Below, piece after piece: positions 51,789 to 64,000 of a stretch of DNA of 64,000 bases. Each line of letters starts with the position of its first letter. Within the stretch, counting starts at the first letter, position 1. The translations under genes were made by a program, and so were the position numbers. Origin of the DNA: Macrostomum lignano (taxonomy: Eukaryota); the NCBI GenBank assembly GCA_002269645.1, contig NIVC01001263.1, positions 298,743 to 362,742 on the forward strand. The letters run 5' to 3'. Below the pieces are notes generated by a model. That model made no database searches, was not told the origin of the DNA, and saw only the letters and a list, made by a program, of their open reading frames with translations.

Positions 51789-52412
51789 GGCCTCATTTGC
51801 CCAGCGTATAGATTGCAGTTGTCTATGGCCCAATCGATGGTGACCTCCTCTAGCCTCATTTGCCCAGCGTATAGATTGCAGTTGTCTATGGCCCAATCGA
51901 TGGTGACCTCCTCTAGCCTCATTTGCCCAGCGTATAGATTGCAGTTGTCTATGGCCCAATCGATGGTGACCTCCTCTAGCCTCATTTGCCCAGCGTATAC
52001 ATTGCAGTTGTCTATGGCCTAATCGATGGTGACCTCCTCTAGCCTCATTTGCCCAGCGTATAGATTGCAGTTGTCTATGGCCCAATCGATGGTGACCTCC
52101 TCTAGCCTCATTTGCCCAGCGTATAGATTGCAGTTGTCTATGGCCCAATCGATGGTGACCTCCTCTAGCCTCATTTGCCCAGCGTATACATTGCAGTTGT
52201 CTATGGCCTAATCGATGGTGACCTCCTCTAGCCTCATTTGCCCAGCGTATAGATTGCAGTTGTCTATGGCCCAATCGATGGTGACCTCCTCTAGCCTCAT
52301 TTGCCCAGCGTATAGATTGCAGTTGTCTATGGCCCAATCGATGGTGACCTCCTCTAGCCTCATTTGCCCAGCGTATACATTGCAGTTGTCTATGGCTCAA
52401 TCGATGGTGACC
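51789..52412 (+). repeat. 63-bp minisatellite, ~10 copies, with a 3-unit higher-order pattern
   Basis: Unit CTAGCCTCATTTGCCCAGCGTATAGATTGCAGTTGTCTATGGCCCAATCGATGGTGACCTCCT; the variant TATACATT occurs in copies 4, 7 and 10. Confidence 0.95.
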
Positions 52413-52477
52413 TTCCCCGTCCTTGGCTTTGCCCCGGCTTGACAGTTCAAGAATGATCTAGCACAGAAAGTGAATAA

Positions 52478-55331
52478 TCAAAATTTGCCAATAGATTTGA
52501 CAACAGCTGCCTGACTGGCACTGCTTGGCTTGGTCTGTGACAGTGACAGACTACTTTTTGCTTTATGCAGCCTGACCGCTACCGCGCCACGCTGCTGGCG
52601 CTGTGGCAAGGTCTGTTGCGTCTGTTGCTTCTGCAGCTGTTGGGGTTGACTGTTCGACGAGCTAGCAGTTGATGGCCGACTCAGATGCAGATTCTCCGAG
52701 GATTTCGCGCTGGAGATTCCTGAATTTGCGTGCAGATTCAGTGCCGGCATGCTCCTAGTCCGGCTGCCCAGCTGCCCAGCCTTCTGCTGCCGCTCGACCA
52801 GGGTCGGCCTCGGCTGTCTGGGACGCGAGCTGCTGTCGTAGATCAGCTGGAATTCCTTTTGCTGTCCGGACAGTGGCAGAACTGGCTGACGGCGGAACAC
52901 GCGGTCGAAAGCCTCGGCGGCGATGGCCAGGGCTTCGTGGACAACGCCAGGTATGATGGCTTCCTGGGTGGAGTTGTACAGGCCCAAGGCCGGAGTGGAG
53001 TTCAACTCCAGGAGCCACACCTGGATGGAGAGAAGCGATTGGAAGGCTTTTCAATGCTGGGTGGGCCGCATTTGTACAGTTGATGAGAATCTGCTACCTT
53101 CTATTCTTATATTTGTGCCCGTTTTGCTGAACCGTGGGCACACATGCGAGCAGGGGGACACGTACGCGGGCACACGCTAACATCATGTGTATGGTACAGT
53201 AGGCCCTGAATTTTCCATTACCTTCAGGCTACCGGACATTCCCCCTTGTCATTTCCCCTCCGGCATGCGTTTCCCCTTCGGCGTTTCCCCTTCCGCGTTT
53301 CCCCTTCCGCGTTTCCCTTCGAAATGAAAATTGACATGAAAGTGGAAGTGGCCGGGCACCTCCAGCCAGACGTGCTGGTAGGCAGCTGCCAACCGCCGGA
53401 ACCGCTGGTCGCACGCCTTCCATATCCTGCGCTGGGCGGTTGGCTCTGCACCAGTTTTCGGACCGTTGATCGGCATGGTGATCAAACTGGAAGCGCCGGA
53501 GAGAAAACAGTGGAAGGGAATGTCGGAGGGGAAACGGCGGAGGGGAAACGGCGGAGGGGAAACGGCGGAGGGGAAACGGCGGAGGGGAAACGCCGGAGGG
53601 GAATTGCCGGAGGGGAAGTGCCGGAGGGGAAGTGCCGGAGTGGCAATCTACTACTGTCCGGAGTGGAAGTGCCGGAGTGGCAATCTACTACTGTCCGGAG
53701 GGGAAGTGCCGGAGTGGAAACACCGGAGGGGAAATGACGGAGGGGACGTGAATGACTCGACAAGCGCGAGGCTAATTTGCGTGCCGGGACTCCAAAACTA
53801 TTGTGAATCCGGGTACTCTGGCACAAGAGTCATACACGGTACGGTGCGATAACAAGCAATCCAGGGATTAAAGAAGACAAGATCTGAGCAAGAAGTATGC
53901 AGCAGGTGGACGCACCTTGCCGGATTCCTCCACCAGAAAATCGCAGCCAAACAGCTCAAAGCAGCCGCAGGCGGTGGCCAGCTTTGGTCGAGTCGCCGCG
54001 ACAAGGTGCGCCAGCGCCTGACGGATGCTGACCTGCATCCCGGAGATGGCGAAGTCCTTGTCCAGTCCTAACTGTTCGCAGTGCTCGTTGATGTGGCAAT
54101 TCAGCCTGTCGATTGACCAGATTGTCTCCTCCCGGGCCGCATCGTAGGCGGAGTCCTTCTGCTGCACGGCTTGATTGGTCAGGTGCAAGCAGAGATCGTC
54201 GCTTTTCAGGTCGAAGTCGCGGCAGGTGAGTCGGGCGTAGCCGGGGTGGTAGAAGGCCAGGCAGTTGAGGTTTAGCGTGGCCAGCACCAGCAGGTAGACG
54301 CGCAGGTCGAATTTCTTACCGGCCAGCAGCAGCGGCCGCTCGATGTACTTTTGAATGACCCAGTCGCGTCGCGGCTCGCCGTTCGTGCGCTCGTCGTTGA
54401 ACAGATTACGGAAGTCAAGCTCGGCGCGCACCAGCTTGATGCCTTCGCCTCGGTTCAGCGTTGCGGGCTTGCAGATCCACAGGCTGCCGGACTCCGAGCT
54501 CATCCGGCGAAGGAACTGCAGCCTCTGCATCGCGGTGCGCAACACAAAGGTCGCCGGCAGGACGGCGTCGGCCGTTAGGCGGGGATGATCGCGGCAGCGG
54601 CACTGCGGCGCAGCGTCCTGAGCTCTGAGAGTCTCCGGTAGGAGCAGCTTGTTGGTCAGGCAGCGGGTGCCGGGCAGGCGGCTGATGATGTGCTGCCCGG
54701 GCCGCATCTTGCGGATGAACAGGTCGGCCTGGCAGCCGTTGCACCAGATCAGAGTGAGCGGCGGCGCCGCCTTCGGCTGCTGCGTCTGCGGCGACGAGAG
54801 AATGGCCGAGTCGGCCGCCTCTGGCCAGTTTAAGCGCCGCATCACCTCGCGGATTCTGCAGAGAGTCGCATGATTGAACCGCTCTTAAGCTTTGCACTGT
54901 CTGGAGAAACCAAACGCAGAGGTCAACTTCTTTTTAGAAAATTTCTGGAGACAATTCGAATATTTCGGGACTGGGTGCAATCAAACTAGTTAAGCACGGG
55001 TTTGACCAAGGACTACTAAGTAGGAATGGCACAGCTCGACTCATTGGTTTTATTAATCTATTTTATCATTCTTAGCTGATGACTGTAACAAAATTTGTTT
55101 TAGAGTGACGTCATTCAGAGTGACGTCAAATTTCACGACAGCGCATCAAAGGCGATGGGTCACTTTCCTGACTCGTGCTCACATTTTTGCTCCGTACTGC
55201 GTGGCCAGGTAGCAGGAACAGGTGCGGCGTCCGCTGGCACCGCGACTGCTCCGAGGCGTCTTCCCGGCCATCGGCCGGTTTCTACCGGTGGACAGCCGGG
55301 TCAGCGGCTCTGCGGCGCCCTCGTCCTCCAT
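52478..55331 (-). CDS. TTLL10: TTLL10-like tubulin-tyrosine-ligase family glycylase (exons 55331-55183, 54855-53916, 53020-52478)
   Basis: WICKPATLNRGEGI, VIQKYIERPLLLAGKKFDLRVYLL, GYARLT, HLTNQAVQQK, FELFGCDFLV, VWLLELNSTPAL, IIPGVVHEAL. Intron phases 2 and 0 are compatible. The TTLL10 subfamily is inferred from YARLT / HLTNQ..QKK / IPGVV-type motifs. The 5' start is uncertain. Confidence 0.85.
53230..53750. repeat. Intronic element with inverted subterminal repeats (TTTCCCCTCCG / CGGAGGGGAAA arrays), probable MITE
   Basis: GTCATTTCCCCTCCGG (~53248) is the reverse complement of CCGGAGGGGAAATGAC (~53722). Termini and TSD were not resolved. Confidence 0.5.
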
Positions 55332-56638
55332 GGCGTGAAGAGGCAGAATCTCTTCACTGCTCACTTAACTCAATTGGCCCTCTCTGAGTTCTGTCCAAGG
55401 CCTGTCACTTGTTGTAAACTTTAAGTATGCAGTGGGTTCCCACCCTCTTATCTATTCTTTCTCCTGTTAGTCAGTTCCCTTCTCATTTTGGTGGGGATTA
55501 CTTAGCGAGGCGGAGTGACTGTGCGGGGGGCGGCTTTCGGATTGGCCTGCGAAAGAAGACAGAGAGCCAGGGAGAGATCAGAAGGGGGAGTTTCAGTGGG
55601 GGGCAGAGAAAATGACAAGACGCGCAGGCTTTGGCTCTCACAAGCGCTGCCCAGACATGCAGATATTTGAGATCGAAGCCAACCGGCTGCTCAAAATGGA
55701 AGGGCAGACATTTCACAGGGCAGTTTTTTACTGTCGCCATTCCCTAAGCAAGCGATCCGGCAGAGCCAGAGCACCAGAAACCAGACAAACTTGCTCAGAA
55801 GAATGAGCTGAGCCAGCTCAGGCGTTGCCGGGCAGGCGGTAGGATAATTATCCCAATGCCAGCTGTCTCAAGAATCTGCAGAATTCAGAGCGATTCGTTG
55901 TAAACCCTCGAGGGGGGGGGGGTTCGCTAAGATCTTTGAATTTTTTGTCAACCCTTAGTTTACCAAGATAACGCTAGCGAATCTTCACTTGCTACTGGTA
56001 GTAGTGTAGCTAGGACGCAGCTTTTGACAAGCAGATTTTATTCCTTATAACTTTTTTTATAACTACGTGCTTAGCTCGTAAAGTCCCGAAGGGTCCCATC
56101 GGACTGACTTCAAAGCACTGAAATTGGATGATGAAGTACGCAGATTTTTTATAGTCTACAATATCTCTTTAAGGCCTGTAACATCTCTTTTAGGTCTCAA
56201 ATGCTACATCCCCTCTTGGAATGAAAATAGGTGAATTAATAGTTATGCAATGAATTAGTGACCCCAAGCTTACTTCCAGATACATTTTTACACTCTGTAG
56301 TTGCATTGAAAAGTGCACTATGGAAATATTGTAACCATGCTGGACTCAGATGAGGCAATCCTCACTGATACCCGTTGCTGCCGTCAACCTGACGTGCTTT
56401 TCCTGCTCACCTCGACTGAGGGTTCACTCATCAGAATTCCGACAAGCTTTTGAAAGGCGCGCTGGCCAAGGTAATTCCGGATTATAGAATGGGAGTGGAA
56501 GGTTTGGGATAAAATCACGGGAGAACTTCGTAGGTGTTAGAAAACATGATAGCTTATAGAGAGAGGAGAGCATGCAGAGAGAAGACGGAGAAACGAAGAT
56601 TGGAATCGTAAAAGATTCGATAAAATCAGTTAAAATTT

Positions 56639-56652
56639 GTTGCCATGGTAAC
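56639..56652. promoter_or_regulatory. RFX X-box GTTGCCATGGTAAC
   Basis: Canonical 14-bp X-box between the divergently oriented TTLL10-like and unknown genes. Confidence 0.55.
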
Positions 56653-57088
56653 CAGCTGGGGGATTTCGAAGAAAATACACTATTATTTGTTCCGTCAATT
56701 GATCCTTAAGCAACTCGACGACTGTCTTAGTCTCTGAATTGAGTTCCATAGACTCACCCGGGCCATGATGAACATGGGAACTGCTACCTGTTTCCTTTCC
56801 CTTCTCTCTCTCCCTCTTTCCAGCTTTTTTCTGCATAGCAACAGGCATAGCAACAGGCCCGTCGTCTCCAAGCGCCCTGCCAGCTCAAAAGTAACTGAAA
56901 ACTGTTGGTGGCTGCACAGCCAGACTCAGCCTGAGTACTCTGGGCTATTATTTTCTTTCCAGCCTCCGCCCCCTCCATCTCTCTCTCTCTCTTTGTCGCT
57001 GAGTCTACTAAAAAGTTCCTTCGGGTTTTGGAATCTGTATTTTTTTGTCTGGTCACTAAAGATCTTCTCGCCGACTTGGTGCAGTGCG

Positions 57089-57091
<3 letters not shown>

Positions 57092-57160
<69 letters not shown>
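57092..57160 (+). repeat. (GA)n microsatellite
   Basis: Direct reading. Confidence 0.97.
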
Positions 57161-57649
57161 CTGACCTATTTTTAATCGCATACAATCGCTTGCCCTCCCC
57201 ATACAAGCTTTTCTCTTCTTGCGTTACTTTGCTGCTGGGGCCCGGGGCTGTCTGTCTTTGCCCAGAGAGGACAGAGGAGAGAGAGAGGGTGATGAGGGAG
57301 AGAGGCTGCTGGGGAGCCAATAGAAGAAGAGGTTTCCTAGCCGAGGGTTGGACACTGGTAGTGAAAGACTGAGAGATGAGAGATGAGGGAGGCGGCTGGG
57401 CGCCAGAAAGCAGTTGACATAATCTTTCAAACATAAATAGCTCAATTTTTTCTGTCTGGACTCGCTGCTTGTAAGATTAGCGAGCGCACCTCGCATAAAA
57501 AAGCTCATTTTTAGCGAAGCCTTAAGCCGCAGTGGAAATATTCGGTGAAATGTTTGTCCAAACCCACGCGCCCGAGTGCAATCACAACAGGAACAGAACA
57601 GGCATCTACCTGGCTGCTCAGGTGAGCTGTGGTTCCGCACACGGGAGAG

Positions 57650-58606
57650 ACTGAGAGTGAATGGATGAGAGTGAATAGGAGAGAGTGAATAACTAAAAAA
57701 TGAATGACTGAGAATGAATTGGAGAGAGTGAATAGGAGAGAGTGAATTGGAAAGAGTGAATTGGAGAGAGTGAATAGGAGAGAGTGAATAGGAGAGAATG
57801 AATTGGAGAGAGTGAATGACTGAGAGTGAATGGCTGAGAATGAATAGGAGAGAGGGAATTGCTAAGAGTGAATAGCTGAGAGTGAATGGCTCGGAGTGAA
57901 TAGGAGAGAGTGAATGGCTGTGAGTGAATAGGAGGGAGTGAATGGCTGAGAGTGAATGGCTGAGAGTGAATGGCTGAGAGCGAATGGCTGAGAGTGAATG
58001 GCTGAGAGTGAATGGCTGAGAGTGAATGGCTGAGAGTGAATGGCTGAGAGTGAATGGCTGTGAGTGAATAGGAGGGAGTGAATGGCTGAGAGTGAATGGC
58101 TGAGAGTGAATGGCTGAGAGTGAATGGCTGAGAGTGAATGGCTGAGAGCGAATGGCTGAGAGTGAATGGCTGAGAGCGAATGGCTGGCTGAGAGTGAATG
58201 GCTGAGAGTGAATGGCTGAGAGTGAATGGCTGAGAGTGAATGGCTGAGAGTGAATGGCTGAGAGTGACTGAGAGAGAGTGAATATAAGGGTGTCGTAAGA
58301 ATGTGAATGAATGTAGATGTAAGAGTGGATGTAAGAATGAAGGATTGTGAAGGGTGGCCAGGGGGGTGAAGGGTGGCCAGGGGAGTGAAGGATGGCCAGG
58401 GGAGTGAAGGATGGCCAGGGGAGTGAAGGATGGCCAGGGGAGTGAAGGATGGCCAGGGGAGTGAAGGATGGCCAGGGGAGTGAAGGTTGGCCAGGGGAGT
58501 GAAGGATGGCCAGGGGAGTGAAGGATGGCCAGGGGAGTGAAGGGTGGCCAGGGGAGTGAAGGATGGCCAGGGGAGTGAAGGGTGGCCAGGGGAGTGAAGG
58601 GTGGCA
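57650..58606 (+). repeat. Two adjacent minisatellites: 14-bp GAGTGAATGGCTGA (57650-58275) and 19-bp GAAGGATGGCCAGGGGAGT (58345-58606)
   Basis: Direct reading. Confidence 0.93.
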
Positions 58607-58741
58607 AGTGAGGGTACTAGGCTATGTAATAAAAAAGTACAAATGCGCACGCCATGTCAGCGGAAGCAGAGAGAAATCATAAAATCAGTCAAAGTTACGC
58701 TAATCAATCCGTGCTGTCATGCTGAAATGCAGCAGAATCTG

Positions 58742-58756
58742 GTTGCCAGTGGCAAC
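58742..58756. promoter_or_regulatory. RFX X-box GTTGCC-AGT-GGCAAC
   Basis: Perfect inverted half-sites with a 3-nt spacer, 126 bp upstream of the exon at 58882. Confidence 0.45.
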
Positions 58757-58881
58757 TGAAGCAGAAAATTCCTAGCTCTTGTTGACTTTGAGAAGCCACT
58801 ACGCCTCTCTGAATTATTGTCTGAATAATTGCTAAGCGTATTTCTATCTACATTCTCTATTAGGGGTTGAGCTATTTTGAG

Positions 58882-63228
<4,347 letters not shown>

Positions 63229-63811
63229 GTGAGCTTGCAAGACTCAGCTTCATCTCAAAGGAATTTTTTGCACTGAACAGCGAGTTGAGGTGCTCAACTC
63301 GCCTGGGAATTCGGCAAACTCGAAGTGAAACACGCGCTTTTCTTTTCACTTCCCTTGCAGTCTCTGTGTTGTCTCCGTCCCACTCGAATCTCGGGGGTGA
63401 TTCTCATCATCATCGCTGCTCATGCGGGATCCGCTTGCACCTCGCATCCCCTCTTCTCTCCCTCTTCTGACCTCCTCTTCCTATTCTTCCATTCCATGAG
63501 AGGCTGCAGGATTGCTGCGAAAATTAAATTCCGAGTTGCTGGGGCGGCCTCCGCCTTCCCCATCTGGGAGCTCAAATTCCAGCCATCCTAATTCATCCCA
63601 TTCAGTTCTGGCTGAATCCGGTTGAGTTACTCAAGATGGCAAATATTGGTTCAACTCAATCAAATCAAAGAAGACCTTTGTCTTTGTCAGCTTTTGCTCA
63701 GTTCGAGTGGCTGGACAGCATATTTTATTGAGCTTTTCTTGAGAAACGGATTTCCTGAATTTCAAGATTTATCAGTGAGTTTTTGTTTGTGAGTATTTTT
63801 CCGCAGTCATT

Positions 63812-64000
63812 CATGAACTCAATCACCCCATGAACTCAATCACTAATGAACTCAATCACTCATGAACTCAATCACCCATGAACTCAATCACTCCATGAAC
63901 TCAATCACTAATGAAATCACCTCACCCATGAACTCAATCACCCATGAACTCAAATCACCCATAGAACTCAATCACCCCATGAACTCAATCACCCCATGAA
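63812..64000 (+). repeat. ~17-bp minisatellite (CATGAACTCAATCACC), running off the window
   Basis: Direct reading. Confidence 0.9.

Overview
Eukaryotic (metazoan) genomic DNA with GT-AG introns and GC-rich exons. The dense intronic minisatellites resemble Macrostomum-type flatworm assemblies; this is an inference only. Seven spliced genes could be reconstructed by hand: the 3' part of an SLC4A11-like anion transporter (+), an orphan single-pass receptor with a TNFR-like Cys-rich module (-), DENND2-like (+), a complete 233-aa CFAP299 (-), a divergent SAR1 (+), TTLL10-like (-) and an unidentified multi-exon gene (+). Mobile DNA includes a young, full-length ~5.4-kb LOA/R1-type non-LTR retrotransposon (ORF1; APE-RT-RNase H-CCHC; TAATG stop-start overlap) flanked by an identical ~276-bp direct duplication. 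There are also a Harbinger deletion derivative, a 163-bp hAT MITE, a 34-bp perfect palindrome with an 8-bp TSD, and a possible Helitron 3' end. An ~11.7-kb array of a near-invariant 87-bp satellite runs into a 424-N gap, and about 20 different mini/microsatellites sit in introns and 3' flanks. RFX X-box motifs lie near the ciliary genes. Four 1-nt deletions in short G/C runs break reading frames and look like long-read consensus errors. No CRISPR array, rRNA or intact tRNA was found. No database searches were run; family calls rest on recognised motifs.
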